From Bradymonadia bacterium (GTDB lineage Bacteria; Myxococcota_A; Bradymonadia; UBA7976; UBA1532): a stretch of 64,000 nt of DNA. Below the pieces are notes generated by a model. The model made no database searches. It was given only the letters and a program-made list of their open reading frames with translations, and was not told the origin of the DNA. Made by a program: the position numbers and the translations under genes. This document shows positions 8,770-20,490 of this stretch, piece after piece. Every line of letters starts with the position of its first letter. Position 1 is the stretch's first letter. The stretch lies in NCBI GenBank assembly GCA_046290225.1, contig JBKAGE010000053.1, positions 7,834-71,833 of the forward strand, in the 5' to 3' direction.

Positions 8770-10865
8770 ATGCCGAGTCAGGCGAAGCTGATTTACGTGG
8801 ACGATGGGGGTCGCTCCCAAGAGATCGTCATCACCCCTGGTGGCGAGATCACCATTGGCCGCCACCCCGCGTGCGACATCACTGTCTCGCACTCTGCGGT
8901 CTCCCGGAAGCACGCGCGGTTTGCCTTCCAGGGCGACACCGTCGTGGTTCAGGATTTGGGCAGCTCGAATGGCACCTTCGTCAACGAGCAGAAGATCACC
9001 ACCCATTATCTGAGCCACAACGACAAGGTGCGGTGTGGCAACTTCCCCCTCGATTTTCTGCTGCTCCAGGGCGGCGGAGGGGTGAAGCCCATCGGGCCCA
9101 TGAAGCCCGCGGGGCAGGTGAAGCCCGTGGGGCCCATCAAGCCCTTGAGCATCAAGCCCAAGCGGTCGAGCGTGCGGCCCACTGGCGGCCGGCCCACAGT
9201 GAACTCCCTGCCGCCTGATCGACCGACGGCCCCTCCGGGGATTGGCCCGATGTCGCCCACTCCGGCCATGCCCGGGGGTCCCAGCGTCGCCGAGGTCTCG
9301 GCCCTCAGAGGTCAGCTCAGAGACGCTGAGGGCGCGCGCCTCGACCTCGAGCGGCAGGTGGCTTCGCTCAAGGCTCAACTCGCCGACACGCAGGGTGGGC
9401 GCGCCGACACTGATCGCGAGCTGGCTGACCTGAGGCAAGACGTCGAGGGCCGCACCCGCAAGGTGAAAGAGCTCGAGAGCGAGCTGGCCCGACGGGCGCA
9501 GCAGGCCGACATGGCCACCCAGCGCACCATCGATCTTGAGCAACAGGTGAGTGAGCTTCGGGGCAACCTCGAGGTGGTCCGGGGCGAGCGCGAAGATCTC
9601 GAAGTCGAGCTCGCACGGGCCCACGCTCGGGCGGATGATCTCGCTCAGGGCAACGAGCTGACCAGCCAGCGCGAGAGTGAGCTCGCCGAAGACGTGAACC
9701 GCCTCAAGCGGGAGATCCGGCAGAAAGACAAAGAGCGCCTCGAGGTCCAGAACCAGCTCGGCGCTGTGGAATACGATCTCTCTGCAGCCCATCAGAAGAT
9801 CGAGCAGCTCGAGCTGGCCATGCAGGACACCGACAGCCAGCGCGGTCGCCTCAACGAGCAGCTCGAAGCCTTCAAGCAGATCCTCACCGAGAAAGAGGAC
9901 ATGATCGAGCACCTGCAGGGGGAGCTGAGCCGGACCGAGTCCTGGCTCGCTCAGGCCCAGGCAGAGGCCGAGCGCCCCGGCGAGATGCTCGCCCAGGCTC
10001 GCCAGGAGCTCGAGCGCTTGCGCAACGACCTCGCAGAGGTGCAGCTCAGCCGCGAGGCCCTGCTGCACAAGATCGAGCGGTACGAAGACGAGGTGCAGGC
10101 CTACAAGCGCGAAGCCACCGAGCTCGACCAGGCCCTCAGGCAAAATCAGGTCGAGCTGCAACAGGCCCGCGCCGAGATGGAGCAGGCCCAGAAGCAGGCT
10201 CAACAGGCCCTGCGTCAGAGCACAGGCCCCAAGAACTCACGTGATCTCATGGAGCAGCTCAACGAGCTGCGCCGGGCCAACCGCGATCTCAAGCGAGAGG
10301 TGGCGGAACTGCAGGAGAGCGGCGGTGGGGGCGGCGAGGACGACTCCGCGGTCCAGGCTTCCATGGAAGCCGCCGATGCCGCCCGTCGGGCCGCAGAGCG
10401 GGCCCGCGATTCTGCAGAAGAGGGCCGCCGCCTCGCTGAAGAGCAGGTGTCCAGCCTGCGCCGTCGGGTGCAGGTGCTCCAGCAACGGGCCGGGGCCATT
10501 GAAGAGGCCGCCGCGAAGGCACCAGCACCTGCGCCTCAGGCCTCCGGTGACTTCGACGCCTTCCGCCGGGAGGCCGTGGCCCTCTACGAGCAGATCAACG
10601 ACATGGTGAGCAACCTGCGTAACAACGTGGATGTGGTCGCCGACGGCATCGATGATCTCAAACCCCTCGATGGGGCCCTCGGCGAGCAGGCCGGGGAAGA
10701 TGATGCTGGCTGGGGGCGACGCATCAAGGCCTTGTCCCAGAAAGCAGATCTCGAATACTTCATTGAGTCCACCCCGGAGATGATGACCGAGGTGCGCGAA
10801 ACCGTAGACCAGTTCAAGCAAGTCCTGCGCAAGTTCAGGGACGTGCTCAAAAAACACGGATACGA

Positions 10866-10869
<4 letters not shown>
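8770..10869 (+). CDS. FHA-domain protein with a Pro-rich repeat linker and a ~450-aa coiled-coil.
   Basis: N-terminal FHA (ITIGRHPACDITVSHSAVSRKHARF..GSSNGTFVNEQKI). VKPIGPMKPAGQVKPVGPIKP repeats. A long heptad-rich Glu/Arg/Leu/Gln segment follows. AGAGAGG upstream. Confidence 0.85.
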
Positions 10870-12451
<1,582 letters not shown>

Positions 12452-12452
<1 letters not shown>

Positions 12453-12847
12453 TGTCGCACTTCACCACCGTAGAGACCAAGATCAAAGACCTGGTGGCCC
12501 TCAAGGCCGCCCTCAAAGATCTGGGCTACGAGTTCAGCGAAGCCGAGCAGGGGGTCGAGGTCAACGGGTACCTCGGCCAGAAGGAGCTGGCGGAAATTTC
12601 GATACACGCCAGCCGAACCTATGATATCGGCGTAAAGGCGACAGACAGTGGCTATGAGTTCGTCGCCGACTGGTGGGGCGTGGAGACCACCAGAGGCGTC
12701 ACTCAAGAAGAGTTCGTCAAAACGGTGACCCGGCGCTACGCCTATCACAAGGTCATGAGCGCCGTGGCAGCCCAGGGCTACACCATCGAGACGGACGAGG
12801 TGAAAGAGGACCAGACCATCTCCATCACGGTGCGCAAATGGCAGTGA
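12452..12847 (+). CDS. DUF1257 / Ycf35-like small protein.
   Basis: Begins MSHFTTVETKIKDLVALKAALKDLGY. Recalled from memory, chloroplast/cyanobacterial Ycf35 (DUF1257) proteins start MSHF.. and are ~130 aa. TGATG overlap with the AAA gene. Confidence 0.6.
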
Positions 12848-13044
12848 GGCACGAGATCGAGTTCGAGATCACCCCCGATGGCGAGATCAAGCTGACGGTG
12901 AAGGGGGCCTCCGGTGGAGAGTGCCTCGAGATCACCAAGGCCCTCGAGGAAGAGCTGGGTTTGGTGGTCGATCGCCAGATGACCTCCGAGTACTACAAGG
13001 AAGAGGTCAACGTGGAAGACACCGTCCAGATCGGAGAGGATTGA
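12838..13044 (+). CDS. DUF2997-like small protein (68 aa).
   Basis: MAVRHEIEFEITPDGEIKLTVKGASGGECLEITKALEEELG fits the DUF2997 pattern (xIEFxIxPDGxV..V.G..G..C). It overlaps the DUF1257 stop by 10 nt. DUF1257/DUF2997 pairs are recalled to co-occur with AAA ATPases. Confidence 0.55.
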   Translation: MAVRHEIEFEITPDGEIKLTVKGASGGECLEITKALEEELGLVVDRQMTSEYYKEEVNVEDTVQIGED

Positions 13045-13048
13045 GCCT

Positions 13049-15682
13049 GTGTGGCAGAGCATCGTGAACTTCTTCCGTCGTATCTTCGGCGGTGGTCCCC
13101 AGCAAGTCGAACAGCAAGTCGAGCAACAGGCCCAGTCCGCGGAAACGCCTGCTGAGCCCGCCGTCGAGGCTGCCCCTGAGCCCGTCGTCGAGGCCGCGCC
13201 AGCCACTCGAGAGCCCGCTGTCGAGGCAGCCTCCGAGCCTGCTGTTGAAGAACCAGCAGAGCCCGCAACAGAAGATGCTGCTGCAGAAGATGCCGGAGCA
13301 GATGCTGCCCCCGCAGAAGGTGCAGCCGCAGAAGATTCTGCTGAGCCCGCTGTCGAGGCGACACGCTCTCAAGAGCCCGCTGTCGAGGCAGCCTCCGAGT
13401 CTGCTGCCGAGGCGCCTGCTGAGGCAGAAGAGTCCGAGGCGGCTCAGGCCTCTGCAGAAGCGACCGAGGACGCCTCTGAGGACGACGAGGACGACGAAGA
13501 AGACGATGAGTCGTTGGAGGCGACCTCTGACGATCCCGAGGTCGAGGCTCGGAAGGCCGAGGCCCGCAAGGCTCGCCGCCAGCGCCGCAAGGCCCGCAAG
13601 CGCGAGAAGCGCAAGGCCCGTAAGAAGGGCGAGGCCGAGCAGAAGCGTGACCAGGCCCTCGCTGCAGAGGCTGAGGCCGAGCGCCGCCGTCAAGAAGAAG
13701 CTGAAGCCCTCAAGAAGGCTGAGGAAGAGGCGAAGGCTGCTGCCGAAGCTGCTGCGAAGGCCGCTGCAGAGGCTGCCGAAGCGGAGGCGAAGGCTGCCGC
13801 CGAGGCCGCTGCTGAAGCCGCAGCGAAGGCTGCTGAAGCCGCGGCGAAGGCTGCCGAAGAGGCGAAGGCCGCCACTGAGGCTGCAGAAGCCGAGGCCGCC
13901 GCAGCACAGCAGGAGGCTGAGGCTGCAGAGGCTGCAGCGAACGCCAGCGACGAGTCGGTGGACACTGAGGCTGCAGAGGTTGAGGCACCTTCTGTAGATG
14001 CTGCGCCGGAAGAGGTTGCAGAGGCATCTGCCGAGCCCGAGCAGGCCGCCGAAGATGCCCCTGCTGAGGACTCTGCTTCCGAGGAGTCAGTCGAGGCCGC
14101 ACCCGAGGCCGAAGCCACTCAGACAGAAGCTGCCGAGACCGAAGCAGCTGAGGCTGAAGCAGTTGAGGCCGCAGCTGAAGAGGCCGCATCTGAAGAGGCT
14201 GCATCTGAAGAGGCTGCCGAGCAGGCTGCTGATGAGGCGCCCGCTGAAGAGGCTGCAGTTGAAGCTGCGTCGCCCGAAGAGACGACTGAAGAGGCTACAT
14301 CCGAGGCGCCTGCTGAAGAGGCTGCCAGCGAAGAAGCTGCCAGCGAAGACACTGCTGACACCTCCGCTGAAGACGAAGCGGCCGCAGCTGCTGCGGCCGC
14401 CGCAGAGGCTGCTCGCGTTGCTGAAGAGGCAGCAGCAGCTGCTGCACAAGCTGCTTTGGACGCACAAGCTGAAGAAGAAGCTGCTGCTGTCGCCGCGGCC
14501 GAAGCTGCCGCCGCAGCTGCCATGGAGGCCATGTCTGGTGGGACCGTCGAGGTCAGCGCCATCGTCTCCGAAGAAGAGGCTCAGGAGCTCGACGCCATCA
14601 AGGACGAGATTCAGTCCGAGGTGGTCGAGGAGAGCGCCTCTGCAGATCCGGTGGAGATCGCAGCCACTGTGGCGGTCATGCCCGCGCTGAACTTCGCAGC
14701 AGAGCAAACCAGCGATGCGGCTGAGTCCTCAGCTGAGGAGGCGGTTGAAGAAGCTGCCGAGCAGGCTGAAGACGGCGTCAACTCCGACACGCAGATGATG
14801 GACGCCATCGACCTGCCAGAGGACGATGACCTTGATGCACCTGCGGAAGCAGCTGCAGAAGAGACGGCGTCAGAAGAAGAGGTCGCTGCCGAGGCAGAGC
14901 CTGCTGCTGAGGAGGCCGCAGCTGAAGAGGCTTCTGAGGCAGAGGTCTTAGAAGAGGCTGCTGGCGCCTCTGAAGACGCCGCAGCCGAAGCGCCCGCTGC
15001 TGAAGCTGCGACCGAGGCATCAGAAGAGGCCGTTGCTGAAGAAGCTGCCGAGGCCACAGAAGAGGCTACTGCGGCAGACTCAGAGCCTGCTGACGAGGCG
15101 CCTGCTGCCGAAGCTGCCGAGGCGGAAGAGGCCCCTGCTCAGGAAGCTGTTGCCGCAGACGCTGCCGAGGCCACGCCCGAGCACGCTGATGAGGGCGAGG
15201 CTGCTGAGAGCGAGGCTGCTTCTGAAGCCCCTGAGAGTGAGGCTGCCGAAGCTGAAAGTGCCGAAGCAGAGAGTGTTGAAGCCACCAGCAAGCCCGTGGG
15301 CCTGCCTCCTCTCAGTAGCACCCCCAAGACCAGCCCGCTCAGCAAGAGTGGCGGTGGCCTCGGTGGTGTGCTCACCCCCAACCTCACCGGCGGCCGCAAG
15401 GGTAGCCTGCTCGGGGGTCAGAAGAAGAAAGAAGGCGGGAGCCTCTGGGGCGACGTCAACGAAGGCTGGAGCAGCCTCGGTGGCCCCTCCAAGACCCCCG
15501 GTACCGGCGGTGGCCTGAAGTTGGGCAGCCTCGGTAAGGGTCGGACACCCGCCCCGGGCCGTAGCCCCCTCGCCGGACTCTCCGCCTCGCTCTCCAAGAG
15601 TAAGACTGGTGCCGAGAAGCCCAAGGTGGAAGAGGCCGAGCAGGCCGACGACACCAAAGACGGCGACCAGCCCGCCCAGTGA
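13049..15682 (+). CDS. Giant Ala/Glu-rich acidic low-complexity protein (877 aa), with a short amphipathic N-terminus and a Gly/Ser/Lys-rich basic C-terminal ~140 aa.
   Basis: GTG start with GGAGAGGA upstream. About 750 aa are almost only A/E/P/V/T/S/D. The C-terminus is GLGGVLTPNLTGGRKGSLLGGQKKKEGGSLWGD... The open frame is kept over 2.6 kb despite repetitive DNA. Confidence 0.65.
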   Translation: MWQSIVNFFRRIFGGGPQQVEQQVEQQAQSAETPAEPAVEAAPEPVVEAAPATREPAVEAASEPAVEEPAEPATEDAAAEDAGADAAPAEGAAAEDSAEPAVEATRSQEPAVEAASESAAEAPAEAEESEAAQASAEATEDASEDDEDDEEDDESLEATSDDPEVEARKAEARKARRQRRKARKREKRKARKKGEAEQKRDQALAAEAEAERRRQEEAEALKKAEEEAKAAAEAAAKAAAEAAEAEAKAAAEAAAEAAAKAAEAAAKAAEEAKAATEAAEAEAAAAQQEAEAAEAAANASDESVDTEAAEVEAPSVDAAPEEVAEASAEPEQAAEDAPAEDSASEESVEAAPEAEATQTEAAETEAAEAEAVEAAAEEAASEEAASEEAAEQAADEAPAEEAAVEAASPEETTEEATSEAPAEEAASEEAASEDTADTSAEDEAAAAAAAAAEAARVAEEAAAAAAQAALDAQAEEEAAAVAAAEAAAAAAMEAMSGGTVEVSAIVSEEEAQELDAIKDEIQSEVVEESASADPVEIAATVAVMPALNFAAEQTSDAAESSAEEAVEEAAEQAEDGVNSDTQMMDAIDLPEDDDLDAPAEAAAEETASEEEVAAEAEPAAEEAAAEEASEAEVLEEAAGASEDAAAEAPAAEAATEASEEAVAEEAAEATEEATAADSEPADEAPAAEAAEAEEAPAQEAVAADAAEATPEHADEGEAAESEAASEAPESEAAEAESAEAESVEATSKPVGLPPLSSTPKTSPLSKSGGGLGGVLTPNLTGGRKGSLLGGQKKKEGGSLWGDVNEGWSSLGGPSKTPGTGGGLKLGSLGKGRTPAPGRSPLAGLSASLSKSKTGAEKPKVEEAEQADDTKDGDQPAQ
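13100..15300 (+). repeat. Extended low-complexity GC-rich repetitive DNA (gaggc/gctgc/gaagc units) encoding the Ala/Glu-rich protein.
   Basis: Visual inspection: many short degenerate repeats. A purine-rich coding strand persists for ~2.2 kb. Confidence 0.6.
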
Positions 15683-16248
15683 GTGACGACGCCACCAGGG
15701 GCCCCACATCAGGGGGCTCCGCTGGCCTCGAGATCTCCCCACTCTCAGCCCGCATTCAAGCCGAAGCCGAGCATCGGTGGTTTCGACGACCCCATCTGGT
15801 GTCGATGTGGACCCCCTCTGGCGTCGAGGGTTTGATCCGAGGCATCAGCAGGCCCATTCAGGATCTCGCTCAGGTGGAGCCTGATCCCGAGGGCATGACC
15901 ATGCTCAAGGGCATCGACGAGCCTCGAGATCTCGAGCGCCCTTACGAGACCAATGAGCACCTGGAGACGATCACCCCGCAGTTCTTTTTGCGGAACACCC
16001 ATCGGGTGGAGCGCTTCGCCGATCCGTTGCAGCTCGATTTCTATGGCTACATGGAGCTCGGTGAGCGGGAAGACCCGTGGATCGACATCGAGGTGGCCCG
16101 AGTGTGTGGTGAAGGTCATGTGGAGATGGGCCTCGACATCGTCGAGCTGAGCAGTCAATTGGTCACCGCTCAGGTGGCGGACAAACATCGTCTTGTGGTA
16201 GAGACCGCGTGGGCCGATACCTTTGGCCGGGCAGACGAGGAGGACTGA
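15679..16248 (+). CDS. Hypothetical acidic protein, last gene of the operon.
   Basis: GTGA overlap with the previous stop. 189 aa, no recognised motif. Confidence 0.45.
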   Translation: MSDDATRGPTSGGSAGLEISPLSARIQAEAEHRWFRRPHLVSMWTPSGVEGLIRGISRPIQDLAQVEPDPEGMTMLKGIDEPRDLERPYETNEHLETITPQFFLRNTHRVERFADPLQLDFYGYMELGEREDPWIDIEVARVCGEGHVEMGLDIVELSSQLVTAQVADKHRLVVETAWADTFGRADEED

Positions 16249-16711
16249 GCTCGACAGACCGAGCACCCTCCCCGAGCCCCCAAGGTGCAGATCAGCCTTC
16301 GAAACTGCAGGTAACCACCCCGCGGCGATGATGCCGACACACCTGCAGCGCGACGTACGACGTCGTGAAGGGGTGGGGAAGATTCCAAGCCTGCCCGGCC
16401 ATTTCGTGGAGCATGCTCCACAACCCACCGGGGTCGTCAGCGACGGGCAGGCCTCTCCAGACGACCCCGAGGAGCGTACAGGGCACTGTACTCGGGCACT
16501 GTCAAAGGTCGCCAGGTACACCCCCGGCTGACATCAGCCACATCAGGCCCCCCAGATCCCCCTCGTGAAGGGTGAGCCTGGGGAAGTTCACACACGGTCA
16601 TCCGCAGTCGAGAAGTCCCCTCGCACCGCTCCCCCCTGTGCCCCAATGAGGCAGCACAGGCCAGATGGAGAGGTCGAGGGTGGACCCGACCGCAAAGGAG
16701 TACACAGCGCC
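16249..16711 (+). promoter_or_regulatory. Putative rne promoter and long 5' leader (candidate autoregulatory UTR).
   Basis: About 460 nt of non-coding sequence upstream of rne. E. coli rne carries a long structured 5' UTR that RNase E uses for autoregulation. This is inference by analogy. Confidence 0.35.
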
Positions 16712-19700
16712 ATGACCAAGCGCATGCTCGTCAACGCCGCCCAGGCCGGAGAGGTCCGGGTGGCCATCGTCCAGGACTCCACCCTGGAAGATCTCAACGT
16801 CGCCACCGAGAACAACACCCAGATTCAGGGCAACATCTACCGTGCGAAGGTGGTGAGCGTCGAAAGCGGCCTGCAGGCCGCTTTCGTCGATTACGGGGCC
16901 GAGCGAAACGGCTTCATCACCTTCAACGATATCCATGAGCGGTATTACAGCCGGCCCGCGAAGAAGGGGACCAGGGCGCGCATCCAGGACTGCCTGGACA
17001 AGGGCGCCGAGATCATGGTGCAGGCCTACAAGGAGGAGATCGGCAACAAGGGTGCCGCCTTCACCTCCGACATCACCATCCCTGGCCGGTACCTCGTGCT
17101 CATGCCCTTCGCCGGTGGCGGCGGCGTCAGCCGCAAGATCTCCGACGAGAAGACCCGCAAGCGGCTCAAGGATCTCATCAAGAAGCTCGACCCGCCAGAG
17201 GGCATGGGCATCATCGTGCGCACCGCCGGCGTGGGCCGCACCAAGTCGGAGCTCGAGCACGACTACGAGCAGCTGATCCGCACCTGGGGCCATATTCAGG
17301 CAGGCTTCGAGCGCCGCCGCGAGCCCGGCATCGTGCACCAGGAGCAAGACGTCGTCATCCGGTCGGTCCGCGACTACTTCACCGATGACATCGACGAGGT
17401 GGTCATCGACGCCGAGAGCTTGCACACCAAGGTGGTCGAGTTCTTCGAGCGTCACATGCCCGACAACCTCGACAAGGTGCGCCACTACACCGGCAAGATG
17501 CCCATCTTCAGCAACTTCGGCCTCGAGCGGCAGCTGGAGAACATCGTCAGCCAGCAGGTGCCCCTCGAGAGCGGCGGCAGCATCGTCATCAACCCCACCG
17601 AGGCCCTCACCGCCATCGACGTGAACTCCGGCAAGTCTAAGGGGCAGGCGAGCCAGGAGCAGATGGCCTACGAGACCAACCTCGAGGCCGCCGCAGCCGT
17701 GGCGCGCCAGCTGCGCCTGCGCGATCTCGGCGGGCTCGTGGTGGTGGACTTCATCGACATGATGGAGAACAAGCACCGCAAGGCCGTGGAGAAGGCCCTG
17801 AAGCAGGCCCTCAAGCAGGACAAGGCCCGCACCGAGGTCGGTCGCATCAGTCGCTTCGGTTTGCTCGAGATGAGCCGTCAGCGTCTGCGCGGCCGTCTGC
17901 TCTCGAGCACCCACAAGACCTGCCCGATGTGCAACGGCTCCGGCTTCGTGCTGAGCACCGACACTTCGGCCCTCACCATGCTCCGCCGTCTGCAGGAGCT
18001 CGCGGTGAGCGCCCCCCGGCAGGCCACCATCCGCGGCCGCCTGCCACTCGATGTGGCTCTCTACCTGCTCAACACCTGCAGGCAGGCCATCGCCAGCCTC
18101 GAGGAGCAGTTCGAGGTCACCATCGAGATCATCCCCGACGCCACTCAGCTCGGCGCCACTCGTGAGTCCTTCGAGATCGTCACCCCCGGTGGCGAGGAGA
18201 AGCGCAAGAGCGAGCGCCCCAGCCGTGATCGGGGTCGCAGCCGTGGTCGTGGTGATCGTCGTGACGACCGTCGCGGTCGAGGCCGTGATCGAGATGACCG
18301 CCGTCGCAAGAGCGAGCGGCCCGCCGAGACCGAAGAGGTGGCCGCGAAGGGCGCCGAGGACGAGCCGTACTCCCCGCCGAAGATCCTCGGCTTCATCTCT
18401 CCCGATCGTCTCGCCAGCCAGACGGACGATGAGGAAGAGAGCGCCGAAGCTTCCGAGGCCCCCGAGGCAGCCGCCGAGGCCGCCGAAGGTGAGGGCGAAG
18501 GTCGCCGTCGTCGCCGGCGCCGTCGTCGTGGCGGGCGTCGTGACGAGGCAGCTGCCGAGGCCACAGTGGAGGCCACTGAGGCCGAGACCAGCGCCGAGGG
18601 AGACGACGCCGAGATCGTCGCCGAGGCCAGCGAAGACGACGAGAACCGTGGCCGCCGACGTCGTCGGCGCCGCCGTCGCGGTGGTCGCCGTGACGAGGCC
18701 ACCGCTGAGGTGACCACCGAAGCCGCCGAGGCGGAAGAGGATGCTGTCGAGGGTGATGATGCCGCACCGGCAGCAGATCCCCGCGCACGCCTCAAGGCTG
18801 CCATGCGCAACCGCAAGCGCGGTCGTGGTGCCGTGCCCGAGCAGGTGGCCGACGCCTACACCGGCGAGACCGAGACCGCCGACGTCGTCGAAGAGGCTGA
18901 GGCTGCCCCTGAGGGTGGTGAGGCCACACCAGCAGACGACGCCGCCCGTCGTCGCGCCGAGGCCCGTGCCCGTAACCGGGAGCGTCGCGCTGCTCGTCGT
19001 GCTCAGAAGGAGGGCCGCAAGACTGCCGCGGGGCAGGTTGCCGGCGATGATGCCGTCGCGGTGCCCGAGCAGGTGGCTGATGCCTACACTGGCCTCGCAG
19101 AGGCCAAGGCTGATGAGAGTGAAGAGGCCACCGAGGGCCGCCGTGGTCGCGCCCGCATCAAGGAGCGCCTGCGCAACCGTCGTGGCCGTCGTGGCAGCGA
19201 GACCCTGCCCACTGAGGTGAGCGAGGCTTACGCCGGTGACAAGGCCGAGGCCAAGGCCGAAGCCCCTGCTGAAGAGGCACCTCGGGGCCGGTCCCGTGAT
19301 CGCATCAAGGAGCGTCTGCGCCATCGGCGTGGCGCCCAGAGCGATTACGAGGCCCCCGTCGAAGAGAAGGAAGAGGCGGTCATCGAGGCTGTTGCCGAAG
19401 CTGAGGTGGCGGCGAGCGAGCCCGAGGCTGATCCCATCAGCGCCGATGTGATCTCCGCCTACACCGCCAAGACGGAAGAGGTCGACGAAGGCCTCGACCT
19501 CGACGCCTATGTGCAGGACCCGCCCTCCGAGCCCATCGTGATCAGCCCCGAGCGTCGCGCCGAGACCCTGGCCAAGGCCATGGATCGGCTCCGCGCCCGG
19601 GTGGCGTCACAGGCAGAGGCTGCTGCCAAGGCTGCGGCGAAGCCGGTGAAGGCCCCCAAGGCCCCGCCCCGGCGCGTCAAGGCCCGTAGGGCGGCGCAGA

Positions 19701-20476
19701 AGGCCATGGAGAAGCTCCGGGTCAAGCTCGACGTCATCGAGCCCCCTGCCGAGGTGGAAGCCCCCGTGGTGAAGGCCCCGCCCCGTCGGGTGAAGGCCCG
19801 GGCCACGGCGAAGAAGGCCGCTGCGAAGATGCGTGCCCGTCTGGGCATCGAGGTCGCTGCGCCGGCGAAGCCCACCCGGGCCCGTCGTCCGCGGAAGACT
19901 GCTGCGCAGAAGGCCGCTGAAGCTGCTGCTGAGACCACTACGGTCGAGGCAACAGCAGAGGCGCCTGCGGCACCTGCTGCGGAGGCACCTGCGGAGAAGC
20001 CCAAGCGTCCTCGCCGTACGCGGAAGACCGCGGCGCAGAGGGCCGCCGAGGCCGCTGAGGCTGCAGCTGAGGCGCCTGCCGAGGTCGCACCTGAGGCACC
20101 TGCGAAGCCTGCGCGTACCCGTCGCACTCGGAAGACAGCTGCAGCAGAAGCGCCCGCCGAAGCTACCGCTGAGGCACCTGCGAAGCCTGCGCGTACTCGT
20201 CGTACGCGGAAGACGGCAGCGCAGAAGGCCGCTGAGGCTGCAGCTGAGGCGCCTGCCGAGGCCGCACCTGAGGCACCTGCGAAGCCTGCGCGTACCCGTC
20301 GTCCTCGGAAGACGGCAGCGCAGAAGGCCGCCGAGGCTTCAGCTGCAGCAGAAGCGCCCGCAGAGGAGAAGCCCAAGCGGACGCGCCGCACGCGCAAGAC
20401 CCCTGCCAAGCCTGCCGCAAAGAAAGACACGGCCAAAGACGCCGCCGAGGCGATCTTCTCCACCATCAGCGACTGA
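16712..20476 (+). CDS. rne: Ribonuclease E.
   Basis: N-terminal S1 plus catalytic domain (MTKRMLVNAAQAGEVRVAIV.., DIHERYY.., Zn-link CPMCNGSG). Roughly 750 aa C-terminal Arg/Asp/Glu/Ala-rich scaffold with poly-Arg segments (RRRRRRRRRGGRRDE x2) and KPARTRRTRKTAAQKAAEAAAEAPAE repeats. Confidence 0.95.
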   Translation: MTKRMLVNAAQAGEVRVAIVQDSTLEDLNVATENNTQIQGNIYRAKVVSVESGLQAAFVDYGAERNGFITFNDIHERYYSRPAKKGTRARIQDCLDKGAEIMVQAYKEEIGNKGAAFTSDITIPGRYLVLMPFAGGGGVSRKISDEKTRKRLKDLIKKLDPPEGMGIIVRTAGVGRTKSELEHDYEQLIRTWGHIQAGFERRREPGIVHQEQDVVIRSVRDYFTDDIDEVVIDAESLHTKVVEFFERHMPDNLDKVRHYTGKMPIFSNFGLERQLENIVSQQVPLESGGSIVINPTEALTAIDVNSGKSKGQASQEQMAYETNLEAAAAVARQLRLRDLGGLVVVDFIDMMENKHRKAVEKALKQALKQDKARTEVGRISRFGLLEMSRQRLRGRLLSSTHKTCPMCNGSGFVLSTDTSALTMLRRLQELAVSAPRQATIRGRLPLDVALYLLNTCRQAIASLEEQFEVTIEIIPDATQLGATRESFEIVTPGGEEKRKSERPSRDRGRSRGRGDRRDDRRGRGRDRDDRRRKSERPAETEEVAAKGAEDEPYSPPKILGFISPDRLASQTDDEEESAEASEAPEAAAEAAEGEGEGRRRRRRRRRGGRRDEAAAEATVEATEAETSAEGDDAEIVAEASEDDENRGRRRRRRRRRGGRRDEATAEVTTEAAEAEEDAVEGDDAAPAADPRARLKAAMRNRKRGRGAVPEQVADAYTGETETADVVEEAEAAPEGGEATPADDAARRRAEARARNRERRAARRAQKEGRKTAAGQVAGDDAVAVPEQVADAYTGLAEAKADESEEATEGRRGRARIKERLRNRRGRRGSETLPTEVSEAYAGDKAEAKAEAPAEEAPRGRSRDRIKERLRHRRGAQSDYEAPVEEKEEAVIEAVAEAEVAASEPEADPISADVISAYTAKTEEVDEGLDLDAYVQDPPSEPIVISPERRAETLAKAMDRLRARVASQAEAAAKAAAKPVKAPKAPPRRVKARRAAQKAMEKLRVKLDVIEPPAEVEAPVVKAPPRRVKARATAKKAAAKMRARLGIEVAAPAKPTRARRPRKTAAQKAAEAAAETTTVEATAEAPAAPAAEAPAEKPKRPRRTRKTAAQRAAEAAEAAAEAPAEVAPEAPAKPARTRRTRKTAAAEAPAEATAEAPAKPARTRRTRKTAAQKAAEAAAEAPAEAAPEAPAKPARTRRPRKTAAQKAAEASAAAEAPAEEKPKRTRRTRKTPAKPAAKKDTAKDAAEAIFSTISD
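18495..20400 (+). repeat. In-frame tandem and dispersed nucleotide repeats within the rne C-terminal scaffold region.
   Basis: Two ~90-nt copies encoding EGRRRRRRRRGGRRDEA..AE (18495-18730). Three copies encoding VPEQVADAYTG. Four to five ~100-nt copies encoding AP-AKPARTRRTRKTAAQKAAEAA (19950-20400). Confidence 0.7.
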
Positions 20477-20490
20477 GCGCGCTCGCCCTT

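Noticed and set aside
13092-14690. Alternative-frame ORFs inside the Ala/Glu-rich gene: 13092..13997 (+), 13998..14690 (+), and minus-strand 13007..13693, 13690..14204, 14087..14707.
   Set aside because: These are frame-shifted readings of the same repetitive DNA, giving Pro/Arg/Leu/Gln- or Ser/Ala-rich junk. The GAG/GCT/GCC-rich frame with a proper RBS and coupling to flanking genes is the coding one.
16598-19324. 908-aa minus-strand ORF antisense to rne. Similar long antisense ORFs include 1710..3362 (+), 5390..6721 (-), 8734..10203 (-), 23420..25108 (-), 54945..57233 (+), 60942..63533 (-), 40851..41927 (-) and 42535..43878 (-).
   Set aside because: These are typical stop-codon-poor antisense frames of a ~70% GC genome. 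Their products are low-complexity Arg/Gly/Pro/Ala-rich with no motifs. Each overlaps a sense-strand gene with clear domain signatures and correct GC3 bias.
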